Shown piece by piece: positions 41,099 through 51,808 of a DNA stretch of 64,000 bases. The first letter of the stretch is position 1. Each line of letters opens with the position of its first letter. Source of the stretch: Trypanosoma brucei (lineage: Eukaryota); assembly GCA_000002445.1 (NCBI GenBank), contig CP000068.1, positions 416,001 to 480,000 on the forward strand. The letters are read 5' to 3'. The position numbers and the translations under genes were made by a program. The notes under the pieces are model-generated. The model was not told the DNA's origin, did not search any database, and worked only from the letters and a program-made list of their open reading frames with translations.

Positions 41099-43383
41099 TT
41101 TGCCTTTGTCTTGGTAGTAATCAGGGAGAAAAAAAAGATGTCATGCACACATTTTCTGACGCATGAGTATATCTGCATCGGAAAATCGATAGATTCCTAT
41201 ACGTTAGTATTAGTATTATTATTATTTTTCAGAAAAAAAATATATATAGTTACGTTCGTGATATGGAGGAGAACAGCGGGAAGGAAACTATAAAGTACCT
41301 CCTTCCATCCAAATGAGGGGAAAAAAGTGCGGGGGCGACAATTTTGTCGCCACTACTTGTGGTTTCTAATTGGTTTCGTTACGTCTAACACTAACTAACT
41401 GATTAACCGTTTGTGCATTAATGCGGTGCCCTTCATATTTAACTTACGTAAGGTCGAACAACACGACATCCACACATATTTGTAAACAATTTAAATATTT
41501 GTTTATATATTCCATCGCTCGCTCACGACTGGCAGTCTGTTTAGTGAACAACTTAAACTCGGTTACCGACCCACTTGTTTCATCTGCCTCTTTTTTGTTT
41601 TTTTTTTTCTCCTTTGGTTACGGTCTCTGCTTCACACTTAGGGATTGGCATGTGGGCGTAAGCGCGTGCATATATTTGGAATAATAAAAAAAAAAAAAAG
41701 ATGGGTCATTGGGTTCCATTAGATGAGACATGCGGCCAAACCAAAACCGAATATTCCCACAAAATATGACACACCGGTGCCAAACATCTCCGCGGCATTT
41801 GTTATTGCGGTCTGTTGTGCATGAAAATCATTGGCTTCGCACATCTGTTGGTTACTTTTCATGTGGCACGAGCGAATTGTGTGTGACAATTAGGGGGAGA
41901 AAAAAAAAAAAGAGAGAACCAAATCTCCAACGCCGTTTAAATTTTTGCCCTGAAAGAAATGGTTCATAAATGTGAAATGGCTAAAAGCAAAACGAGGATT
42001 CCAATTTACGCGGTATATGCTGCACGGAGGAACAAGGAAACAAACCCGCATTAATTTGTGGGTAAGTCGGCGAGCCCTCAGTTTGCAACAATCATGAATT
42101 AAATTGAAGTGAAGTCCAAACATTTGTAGAAGGAAAGAAAATGGAAAAAATTAAAAAAAAAAACACGTCATTACAAGAGACAATGACAGCTGTGACAACA
42201 TAATGCTTTCGATGATACGCCAACTTCTTTCAAAAATAACTATCGAGCTCACTCAATTTCATCCAAATTTTAAATGCCAGAGGTGATACCAACGGCAGCA
42301 CGCACACGCGTAGCTTTCCAACGTGCCCTCCGCGGAATCATTATTTCACGTCGACGATAAACTTTCACATCTGCAATAGTTACGTGGCGCCACAACTTCT
42401 TTTTTTTTAAAAATATAAAAAAACCCAACAACACAACTTTCACTGCAGAGAAGAGGACGATGTCACGTGTTTATCTTTCCCAATGTATTAGATTTAAAGC
42501 GGAAGGAACATATGTGCTGCGCGTTGTAGTGGATACGGTATCATTAAAATAATGAATACAACATTGGATTTGTCTACCTGCATGACGAAGTGGGGAAGGG
42601 GAAGGGAGGGGAGAAAATAAGAAAGCAACAAAATAAAAAGGAGAGAAATATATATTTGCGTGTATGTGTATGTGTGTAGCGGAAACAATCCCCGCAAAGT
42701 AAATGCGCTTGTGCAAACAAAATAGAAGGGACGGTTAGTGACCACACGTGTGTGCGTATGGGGACAATGAATATAAAACACAGGACCGGAGATATACACG
42801 AAAGAAACCAAAGAAACAAACAAACAAACGGGAATTTTAAAAAGAAAAACCAAGAGAACAAATACATGTGAGCCCGCACCCAGGTTAATGAAGAAAGGGT
42901 GGAAGAAAAGAGGGAAGTCAAGAAATAAAAGGGGTAAGGAGCGTATAGCGAAATAAAGAGGGGAGAACATACGTGAAGATTATCATTCGATATATCTACC
43001 CCGTTACACTATGATGCCCGAGCCCGCAAGCGCGCCCCACGGAAACAAAGAGAGAGAAAAGCGCACGATATAAGGCACGGGGTTTGAAACAAATATATAT
43101 ACGAAAAGAAAAAGGGAAAGGGAGATGTGATGCTCTTGTCAACCCCCATCTCCTTACCTTTTGTTGGTTACTGCGTAAAGACGAAGTTTAGTGGGCAAGA
43201 ATAAGATAATATATAATGGTAAAAACACGTTAAACTAAAGGGATGCCATAATGGCTATGGTAACAAAAAATTCGGAGGGTTAGGGTTAGCCGCGCGTACG
43301 GCGGACTCAGGGTTGGGAACAAGCAGGGAACAAATGCAAAGCTTAGCCGAGCAGTGAATAAACCAAATCACCTGTAAACATTG

Positions 43384-46300
43384 TCATAACGTTACCGTAA
43401 AGCCATCAGTATCGCTCAACTGCCCAGTGGCGATACTTGTGCTGCGTCCCGTGGATTGAGAGACCACGGTGTGATCTATGACCTTTCCAACCTTCGCAGC
43501 AACAATATGTATGACTTGCCTACAGTAGTCATCGCTCCATACGAATCCTGCCTCGGGTGGCAACGCAACACGCCACCGTTCGCAAAAGGGCATCAGTGCT
43601 TTCCGTCGTTGTGCGGCTGTAAACGTGCCCAGTAGGGCATTGAGGGAGTCGACAATAGTTTGGGCTGAACGCGTTATTGCATTGCCTGAGAGACCGCGTT
43701 CGCCGCTGGAAATAGAGCCTTCAGAGCTATCCCCGAAGACACAAGTGTCCTTATCGATATCCAGCGCTGCAAAGATCCTTCCCGGCACAGCATTCAGTTG
43801 CCATATTTCCACAGGTGCGTTCACACCGCGAAGTTCAACGGGAGCAAGTGCGGTGACATCAATTTGCTCACGCTCCTCAGCTGAAAGTGACATGTATGTC
43901 GCACGTGTCATTAACACCTGCCCACCATCTGCCACACCTTCCGTCCGCGCTGCCATGTTTGATGTGTGCCCGTAGTAGTCATATCCTTTAGTAACCTCAT
44001 CATTCCGAATTTCGCATAACCCGGTGTGAATCCCAACACGCACACGCAGGCCACTCCACAGCTGGTCGTACACGTTAGGATCCAGATGTGCGGACGGCGG
44101 AGTATACCCCTCTTCTTCTTCAGCTCGCCGCCGCTCCATATCTCGGTAGAGCTCATCGAACGCGGTCGTTCCCCAGTTGTGGTGCAAGAATGTCCGTTGC
44201 AGATCATGTGCAAGCTGTACGGCAGCGAAGGGGTCCTTGCAAGCAATCATGAAGGAGTCTCCAACCGTCTTTACCTCATAACAGTTGTATCGCACAATAA
44301 GTGACCGAATCAAACGGTGGTGCAGGTCAACAGCATCGGGCATCAACTCGGGGTATGCCGACCACTGCGCAGTGCTGCTTTCAATGTCTGTGAAAACAAG
44401 CGTCACAGGATCTGACAGTTCCTTCGGCGCATTCCCGTTGTCACGGGCACTACGCTGTGCGAAGTACAATTGACAAACAACTATCGCCACAAACAGAAAC
44501 ACAGTGAAGAGAGAACCAACGACGATGCCTATGAGCGTTGAGCCTGTAGATCCAGCCGCGTTCGGGTCATGATATTGCATCGACGGCGTGACGGGTAGAG
44601 CGAGAGCGGGTACAGAGGCATTCAACACACGTGCCATCGACCACACGGAGATGCGGGTTGCTCCATAGTTCACAGCACATCCACCATCGCCAAGACCATC
44701 GACATCGTCGTTAACACACTCACCATGGTTGAAAGGGCCATAGTACATATCGCCGGCACTCACACCGATGTTGTTATAGAAAAGATTAATCACCGTCTCC
44801 CCGCTCACCTTTTCTATACGCGGAATGATAGTCCGAACTACTCGTGCGGCGGCGAAACCCACCAATGCCAATGGCGTCCACTGCGCTGGGTCTGGAAGCG
44901 CGGCGTGAAAGCCCTGTACAATTTCGGATGAGCTGTGGACCTCTGCCCAGTGCGGCAGGTTTGTTGCAATTAGCAGTCGGTTGGCGCTTGAGCTACCGTT
45001 GAAAGCTTTCAAAACCTCATCGTATAGAAGCACAACATCGAAGAACGGAACCAGCACATGTACGTCCGGGTTGCGTTCCATGTGTGCCACTACTGAACCA
45101 ACATCGCTGGCAGTGAGACCAATTATGAACACATTGCCGTAAACAGGAAGTGCACCTTCTATTGTTTCATTGACTCGTGCTGTCACCAGAGAATGCGGCG
45201 TCACACCAAATGTCGCGAGCGTCCTTGTCAGTACGTCCCCGATTGCATTAGAGTCCTCCCCCCGAATGACGGCCCGCACGCCGCTGCCGCTGCTGCTCGA
45301 AATGTATGCCGCCAACACGAACAGTTGTTGCTCAAGTGTAGGCGACAAATGGATCACATTCTTCATACGGCGATTTAGCTGTGGGGTGAGGGGCACGGGA
45401 TCAATGAACGCCAAACCCGGCGTCCGCATTATTGTAGGATGCACTACGCCAAATACGGCTGTAACTGTCCTGGTATTCAACTCTTGCTGCAAGCTACCAG
45501 TCAGCCCATCTGAAAGTGCGGGAAGCGTATGCATAAATACCCTATTCGACTGCTCATGATGCCCCCTACTAACGCTGACCGATGCCGCATTGCGCATAAT
45601 TGTCGCCGCCCTTAATGCAATGGGGTCATCTAATGTTAGGATGAAAAGACCGATTAGCGGAGCGTGCAACCCACCGGAATCACTGTAGCACCCTGATACG
45701 TCGCGCGTGATTAGCCCATCCGCCAAGGGCGAAAGGTTACCGTTCTCTTCCAACCTGTTCATGTAAATCACATGCCCACCCTGGTTACAACGGCATGTAG
45801 CGCCCTGAGCAGCTGCGGAGCCTGTGCATTCGCCACCGTAGTCACCAATGACGAGGTCATCAATCACGTACCGGCGCTGATTGTACAGCGATTTTTTAAA
45901 TTCTTCCCTGCTCGTTAGCCACTCGCGATTGCTTAGCGCTTGCAGCAGTGCCTCACCGGCAACCCATCCAAGCACCGCCAGCTTCCCAGTGGTGGCATGC
46001 TTGAGAAAATGGTCTTCACCACCGGGGCTACTTTCGTTCTTTTGCGCCTTTAGATATGACCTCATTTCCTTCTGAAACCGTCGTACGGCATGGTGTTTGA
46101 CGTCGGTTGCGAGCGGGTTTGTTCCCGTGATAATAACTTGACCTGACGCAAAGGCGACCTTTCCACTTCGACGGAGTTCTTCAGCTATGATGCTAATAGC
46201 TGGCTGCAGCGCAGATGGGGCCAGGATGTACATGTCTTTTGTGCGTTCGTCCGAAGGCACCGCCAAAAGAAACTTGAACGTATCTGTGTTGGGAGGCCCT

Positions 46301-47133
46301 AATACAAGCACACCCTGCGGATGCAAGGAAGCGAATCGACTCCACATCGCATTGAAGACTTCACCGCTAGCCGAACCATAATCGGAACTTTCTAGCGCAA
46401 AAACTCCGCAGAGATCACGCCCCATTCTTGACATCAGCCTCATCGTGAGTTCATACTGTACCTCACCATAAGAGGTATTGTGCAAATGCATTAAACCCAA
46501 TCGAAGTGGTCGTAGTTGACTCAGTGCGTAGTAAATGAGGGCGATGAGTTCGGCAACAGGATCGGCTCCAAGGAAGTACAAATGCGGTGTCCACTTGCGG
46601 AGCCCGCTTGACCCAGTAACTGGGGCGAAGGCAATTACATTGTGCTTTTCGAGTAGAGGTGTCACGGCTAAGACATCACGGTCACTCAACGGCCCGAGCA
46701 GCACCAGCAATTCCGATTTGTTTGAAAGTTTCTTGTCAAGCGCATCAATGCTTTGATTACCATAAGATCCCCAGCTTACAGGAACAACGTGCACATTTCG
46801 CGCTGCGGTCCAATTACGTGCAGCGAGCGAGCTGTTGAAACCAGAAATGATGGCATCACCAATTGGTGAGGGAGCACGGAGGCCACGCATAAGGCACAGC
46901 ACAGTCACTGTAACGTTATCTCCCGAATGCACGGAAGCCCGCAGTGGCATCGGAAGCAACATCAACAGCGAAAACATAAACAATGGCACCCACAACCTTG
47001 GGACTCTTGAGTTATCCTTCCCTTCACAGCGAAGGCCAACACCAACACCATTGGCGCTCCCTTTAACGTGGACGGACTTTTCTCCTCCTCTTTTTCTCCA
47101 TTTGTTCCCGAGTAAACTCGTCCTGTCGTTCAT
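43384..47133 (-). CDS. GRESAG4: Receptor-type adenylate cyclase, GRESAG4/ESAG4 family
   Basis: The 1249-aa protein has a large extracellular periplasmic-binding-protein-like domain and a single TM (LIGIVVGSLFTVFLFVAIVVCQLYF). The C-terminal class III cyclase catalytic domain carries FTDIESSTAQWS, VKTVGDSFMIA and GHTSNMAARTE motifs. An alternative start at 46977 (MFSLLMLLPMPLRA signal peptide) would remove a 52-aa N-terminal leader. Confidence 0.85.
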   Translation of the reverse strand: MNDRTSLLGNKWRKRGGEKSVHVKGSANGVGVGLRCEGKDNSRVPRLWVPLFMFSLLMLLPMPLRASVHSGDNVTVTVLCLMRGLRAPSPIGDAIISGFNSSLAARNWTAARNVHVVPVSWGSYGNQSIDALDKKLSNKSELLVLLGPLSDRDVLAVTPLLEKHNVIAFAPVTGSSGLRKWTPHLYFLGADPVAELIALIYYALSQLRPLRLGLMHLHNTSYGEVQYELTMRLMSRMGRDLCGVFALESSDYGSASGEVFNAMWSRFASLHPQGVLVLGPPNTDTFKFLLAVPSDERTKDMYILAPSALQPAISIIAEELRRSGKVAFASGQVIITGTNPLATDVKHHAVRRFQKEMRSYLKAQKNESSPGGEDHFLKHATTGKLAVLGWVAGEALLQALSNREWLTSREEFKKSLYNQRRYVIDDLVIGDYGGECTGSAAAQGATCRCNQGGHVIYMNRLEENGNLSPLADGLITRDVSGCYSDSGGLHAPLIGLFILTLDDPIALRAATIMRNAASVSVSRGHHEQSNRVFMHTLPALSDGLTGSLQQELNTRTVTAVFGVVHPTIMRTPGLAFIDPVPLTPQLNRRMKNVIHLSPTLEQQLFVLAAYISSSSGSGVRAVIRGEDSNAIGDVLTRTLATFGVTPHSLVTARVNETIEGALPVYGNVFIIGLTASDVGSVVAHMERNPDVHVLVPFFDVVLLYDEVLKAFNGSSSANRLLIATNLPHWAEVHSSSEIVQGFHAALPDPAQWTPLALVGFAAARVVRTIIPRIEKVSGETVINLFYNNIGVSAGDMYYGPFNHGECVNDDVDGLGDGGCAVNYGATRISVWSMARVLNASVPALALPVTPSMQYHDPNAAGSTGSTLIGIVVGSLFTVFLFVAIVVCQLYFAQRSARDNGNAPKELSDPVTLVFTDIESSTAQWSAYPELMPDAVDLHHRLIRSLIVRYNCYEVKTVGDSFMIACKDPFAAVQLAHDLQRTFLHHNWGTTAFDELYRDMERRRAEEEEGYTPPSAHLDPNVYDQLWSGLRVRVGIHTGLCEIRNDEVTKGYDYYGHTSNMAARTEGVADGGQVLMTRATYMSLSAEEREQIDVTALAPVELRGVNAPVEIWQLNAVPGRIFAALDIDKDTCVFGDSSEGSISSGERGLSGNAITRSAQTIVDSLNALLGTFTAAQRRKALMPFCERWRVALPPEAGFVWSDDYCRQVIHIVAAKVGKVIDHTVVSQSTGRSTSIATGQLSDTDGFTVTL

Positions 47134-48501
47134 AATATCAGCAAATGGCTCAAATGGATCTGCAGTCTAAGTGTAAGCAGAAGGTGGCGGTCTAAGAAAG
47201 TGAACAAAAAAAAAGAAGAAAAAAAAGGGGAAATGGAAATGCGTTGTGACGTTGGGTAGTGAAGTTCAGACATGGGCTGCGACTGTGGGTGAATTCGCGA
47301 CCACATTATTTTCTTCATCCCTCCCCTTCATTGTGGTAAAACCAATGCAAAAAAGGGGGAAAGTGAAGAGTGGAGAAGGAATTCGAGTTAAGGGTATGTG
47401 CGCAATAGGCAAAAATAGCACAAATAACAATAATAAAGCGTGGTGGTCATATACATTTGCACACGACCACGTGCCCCTAAAGTCTCGGCGACTTTCCCCT
47501 GTGATACGTACATGGCATGGTGGTGGTAATGGAAAGGAATAATCAAACGGGGACCGCGTTAGAAGCTTCTCACACACATCGTTTCATTGGTTTCCAAAGG
47601 TGCAAACTGTGTGCGTGACAGCCGATATTATGTGGAAGAACTCTTTGCGTGACTGTCCACATTTCCATAAACTACCTGGTCTGTTGAGCGGTACGACGGG
47701 GAAAAAGATGAAAATTTACCGACCAACGTTACTTTCCTTCATAAGGGCGAAGAGGCGCCTCCTGGCTCCACGCAGCATAGAAATACGCTACCAGGTCAGT
47801 GCACACATATATACACATAAACACGCAAATATTTACTTACCTTCCCCTCACAGATATATGCATATGTATTATATATATATATTCTTTTTCTTAATAATTT
47901 AAAAAAAAAAGGTCTCTCTTCCCCTTCTCCCCAAAAGACATTTAGTAGTGTAAATTTGGCTCTCCGTGTGCCTGTCTGGCTACCTCCCACTTTTCCTTCC
48001 TCTGAACAATGCGGTTGCCGCTTCATTTCATTTGATTTCCCCTTGTTTCCCTTTCTCTCTCTCTCTCTCTCTACACATTATCATGGGAATCGATTTCGTT
48101 CTTTCTGCTAACGAGGAGTGGAAAAGAAAGGACACGCACACACACAGAGGCATCTGCAAAACAATATTAACGAAATCTCCATGGAAAGCTGGGGCCGACG
48201 ATTCCAAACCCCAATACATTCGCACGACGTGAACAACGAAAAATCAAAAAAAATCGAAAAAAAAAGAAGTACGACCATCGCCGGAAAATAGTTGTATGAG
48301 AAACCATTGAGTGAAAAGAGCATGGCTCCGACGCTCAGCAAAGTTTGTCAGTGCCACACCGTTAATGAATTGGAAAGAAGAGGGAAAGAACGTGAGGAAA
48401 ACCCTAACATTCTGCTGTGCTCCCCCCGCACCCGCATCCACTAACCGGAGTGGCTAATGTCAATGGTGGGGTGGGGGAGGGGGGAGTGGGGAAGCTCTAC
48501 C

Positions 48502-49482
48502 TTACGATGCTCCATTCTTTACAAAGAAATTCCGAATGAATGCGACTGCCTCGTCCACAGAGTCGGTGAAGCAAAGCGAGTCAACCTCCTCCTTTGATAT
48601 GGTTCCGAACTCAGCAAGCGCTTCCCAGTTCACCACTGTCTTCCAAAATTTGGTGCAGAAGAGAACAATGGGAAACTCAGGAATCTTCCGCGTCTGCCGC
48701 AGCGTCAACAGTTCGAAAACCTCATCCATCGTTCCGAATCCCCCGGGCGCGATGACGATCGCACGGCAGGAGTACATCATCCAGAACTTGCGAGTGAAGA
48801 AATAATGGAATGTGAATGCCAGACCTGCCGTCACATATCGGTTGAGCCCTGCTTCAAAGGGAAGCGATATGCCCATTCCCATCGTCAGCGCACCCGGAAC
48901 AGAAGATGCGCCCTTGTTTGCAGCCTCCATGAAACCAGGTCCCCCGCCAGTGGTGACTACCAAATCGTGAAACAAATCCGCTTCCGCATCCACGTCAGCT
49001 TCTTTGTTAACTGCGCTCAAACTTGGCCGGAAATAGTCCGGGAGGCGAGAGAAGGAGGCATTAATCAACTCCTTCTCCTTGAGGGAGAACTCGGCAATAC
49101 GTTTCGACAGCTCGGTAACCCTTTCCATCCATTCGCACATCCATTCAATACTTCGCAGGCGCTTCATCTCCGTCTCGATGCGAGTCTTCTCCTGCGGGTC
49201 GGTTGCGGATTTGAGGGCAGTCACACGGCTCTCCATGGCAGCTTTGTGTTCTTCTTTCGTCATGGAGCGCGCACTGCCAAACAACAGGACGGTGGAGCGA
49301 ATGTGATTTTTGCGCAGTCTTGCCGCGGGCTCCTCAAATTCGCACAAGATACGAATAAGGCGACCTTGTGTGCTTCGTAAGAATGCTTCGTTGTTGTACG
49401 ACTTGACAGCGGGGACGAGTGCCCTCTTTTGTGCATCATCAATTTTCTGCACGTAGGGTGCGGATTCGTCGGTACCGGGCAT
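48502..49482 (-). CDS. LOG-family (TIGR00730 'lysine decarboxylase-like' / cytokinin riboside 5'-monophosphate phosphoribohydrolase fold) protein
   Basis: The 326-aa protein has the LOG signature motifs VVTTGGGPGFMEAANKGA and AIVIAPGGFGTMDEVFELLT (PGGxGTxxE). The GxGxxG Rossmann start is LLFGSARS. It carries an ~80-aa N-terminal extension. Confidence 0.7.
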   Translation of the reverse strand: MPGTDESAPYVQKIDDAQKRALVPAVKSYNNEAFLRSTQGRLIRILCEFEEPAARLRKNHIRSTVLLFGSARSMTKEEHKAAMESRVTALKSATDPQEKTRIETEMKRLRSIEWMCEWMERVTELSKRIAEFSLKEKELINASFSRLPDYFRPSLSAVNKEADVDAEADLFHDLVVTTGGGPGFMEAANKGASSVPGALTMGMGISLPFEAGLNRYVTAGLAFTFHYFFTRKFWMMYSCRAIVIAPGGFGTMDEVFELLTLRQTRKIPEFPIVLFCTKFWKTVVNWEALAEFGTISKEEVDSLCFTDSVDEAVAFIRNFFVKNGAS

Positions 49483-49662
49483 CTGGCGGCGTTAGTTTGT
49501 GTGGCTTCGTCAAAATTAGCTACGGTAGTAAGGTGCAAAATTGGGAGGAAACAGCATAAAAGGAAAGAAAAAAAAAGAGAAAGGAAAAATGATTCAATTA
49601 TGCATGGTGAAGCAGCATGATTAGTGGGGAAGAACAAAGCAGAATATTTACGTGCATTTTTT

Positions 49663-49676
<14 letters not shown>

Positions 49677-49695
<19 letters not shown>

Positions 49696-49704
49696 ACCCA
49701 TGAA
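49677..49704. repeat. (GT)14 microsatellite in intergenic spacer
   Basis: A perfect TG run is visible. Similar short (TA)n, (CT)n and (AC)n runs occur at 16783-16804, 53202-53224, 48054-48072, 4533-4550 and 27543-27558. Confidence 0.9.
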
Positions 49705-50923
49705 GGAAGACGGGCAATAAGTAAGAGCTCAAATTATTTCTTTGTCCTGCCGCGAACCAGCCGTCTGCTTTTTTTTTTATTTTATTACTGAGCTTCGTAC
49801 TTTCTCAACTCTCTCAACCACCGCCCTCCTCCACAACGTTCCACACGTGTTTTACACCCCCCCCCTTGTCGTTACTCGACCTTCACACTATAATGAAAGT
49901 CATGAGGAAATAAAAAAAAAAAAAAGAAACCTTCATGTCAAAGAATCTCAAAGCAGAATTTCACGGCACCGCAGAGACGGTCTTCACATACTTCTTACAC
50001 GTGCTGCCAAAACCGGTGCAAATAATAAAAAAGAAAACGACAACAATAATAACAACAATAACAAAAATTCAAACATGAGGGTTTCGCTCCCCCGCCCACT
50101 CATACGTAAACGCATAAGAACTATCAGTCCTTATAAACACGCTACTACGACTACGCTTCCGCACTTCCACTTTTTTGTCGTTATAATCAACTACTTTCCA
50201 GTGGGCACGGGAGGAAACAAAGGGGAAAGAAAGGTGTCGCTAACAAAACAACAAAAAAAGAAGAAAAAAAAATGGAACAAATATCGAGCACACACAACAA
50301 AAGGTGATTATTGCCTTTAGATAGATGACTGTCCTCCCCATTTTTTCCCCCCATCCATCCATCCATCCGGCCCTGAGCACGCGCACACACAAAATATTCA
50401 GCAGCATTTCCCTTTTAATTCTTCCGTATGTTAGGCGTTAATTCCTAAACATAAAGATATCCCCCCTCTCCCATTTTACGGTTCCTGGTAACAAAATCAT
50501 AATAATAATAATAATTATTATTAGTATTATAATGTTGCTTACTATAATTAACGGCCTCTACTTGGACCATCCCTCTTTTGTTTCTTCCCACACCAGGAAA
50601 TGTAACCCCGTTTGACACCCGTTCAAACAGAGTACTAACACATAAATCATTCGCTACGTACCATTTACCCCAGTATGGCTCAGTTTCCGAGTGCCTTGAC
50701 AAACATGATATAACTATCCTCTCTTGATCCTCTTCCATCATTATCTTTTAACATTTATCATCAGCATCTTCACTATGGTCGTCGTGCATAACTCATCCCC
50801 TTTCTTGCCTTGCCTTCACTTCACTTCATTTGATTTCTTGTTTTTTTTCTTTCATGAGAGGAGAAAGGAAGCGGCTTCCACGCGCGGAACCGAAAGGGTA
50901 CGCATCATGGGGCTTTTTTTTTT

Positions 50924-51808
50924 TCAGTATTTAAACACCTGCGACTCCGCGTAGCCCATGTCCTTTAAAAGCCCTTTCAGTGGTCCCTGCTCGGGAGCCA
51001 TTCCCTCATTGAAAATCTTTTCACCAGCTATTTCCTTTATTAGTTCTGGAGGTCCCGCCACGAGGATTTTCGTGTAACGCTCCCCAGGTTTCGGCATAAA
51101 GGCACGAATCATTTCTTCATTAATTTCCCCGATACCGCCCAACCAACGATGTGGTACCTCTTGTAATGCAAGATACATGTTGAAGTTGTTGAACGTCGCC
51201 TGCAGGTTCGATAGTTCATTCGCCAAAAGAATGTCACCCCGCTTTTCATTAGCATACACGAGAGACACGTGTGTGTTATCTTTTGGGTTATCTAAAATCT
51301 CTCGTAACATTCTATACATGGGTGCTATACCTGTGCCGCTTGCCAGCATGCCTACACTTTTCCACATGTTTGGTTTGTAAAGAATTTTCACAAATGGACC
51401 CTTCACATGTAACTCCTCCCCGGGCCGTAGTTGAAAGAGTTCGCCACTCATCTTATCCTTCAGCCTCTTCTTGACCAAAATTTCGAAGCGTCCCTTTGTG
51501 TTATTTGGTGTAATGGGTACAAAAGGGTACGTTATTTCACTTCCACTATTATCCTTAATTCGCGCAATGATGCACGCGCCAGGTGGCATATGAAAAGGCG
51601 TTTCTGCTGTTTCCAATCCAAAGCAAAGACGGCGCGTGTCAGGTGATTCATATTGCGCTGATATGAGTTTAAAAGCGGAGAATTTATCCGGACTGAAACT
51701 TGATGGCTGCTTCGTTGCGCAATCCACTGCTATTCCATTAGAGGGACGTGCGGCATAAAAGACACCTGCAGTGAGGGATGCAGCGAAAGATAAGGCGAGT
51801 CGCACCAT
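50924..51808 (-). CDS. NADH-cytochrome b5 reductase (FAD/NAD(P)-binding ferredoxin-reductase-type oxidoreductase) with N-terminal membrane anchor
   Basis: The 294-aa protein has FAD-binding motifs (RxYTP-like ITYPFVPITP; the expected GxxS/T pattern is a divergent GELFQLRPGEEL). The NADH-binding motif MLASGTGIAPM (GxGxxP) is present. The N-terminal hydrophobic segment is MVRLALSFAASLTAGVFY. Confidence 0.8.
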   Translation of the reverse strand: MVRLALSFAASLTAGVFYAARPSNGIAVDCATKQPSSFSPDKFSAFKLISAQYESPDTRRLCFGLETAETPFHMPPGACIIARIKDNSGSEITYPFVPITPNNTKGRFEILVKKRLKDKMSGELFQLRPGEELHVKGPFVKILYKPNMWKSVGMLASGTGIAPMYRMLREILDNPKDNTHVSLVYANEKRGDILLANELSNLQATFNNFNMYLALQEVPHRWLGGIGEINEEMIRAFMPKPGERYTKILVAGPPELIKEIAGEKIFNEGMAPEQGPLKGLLKDMGYAESQVFKY

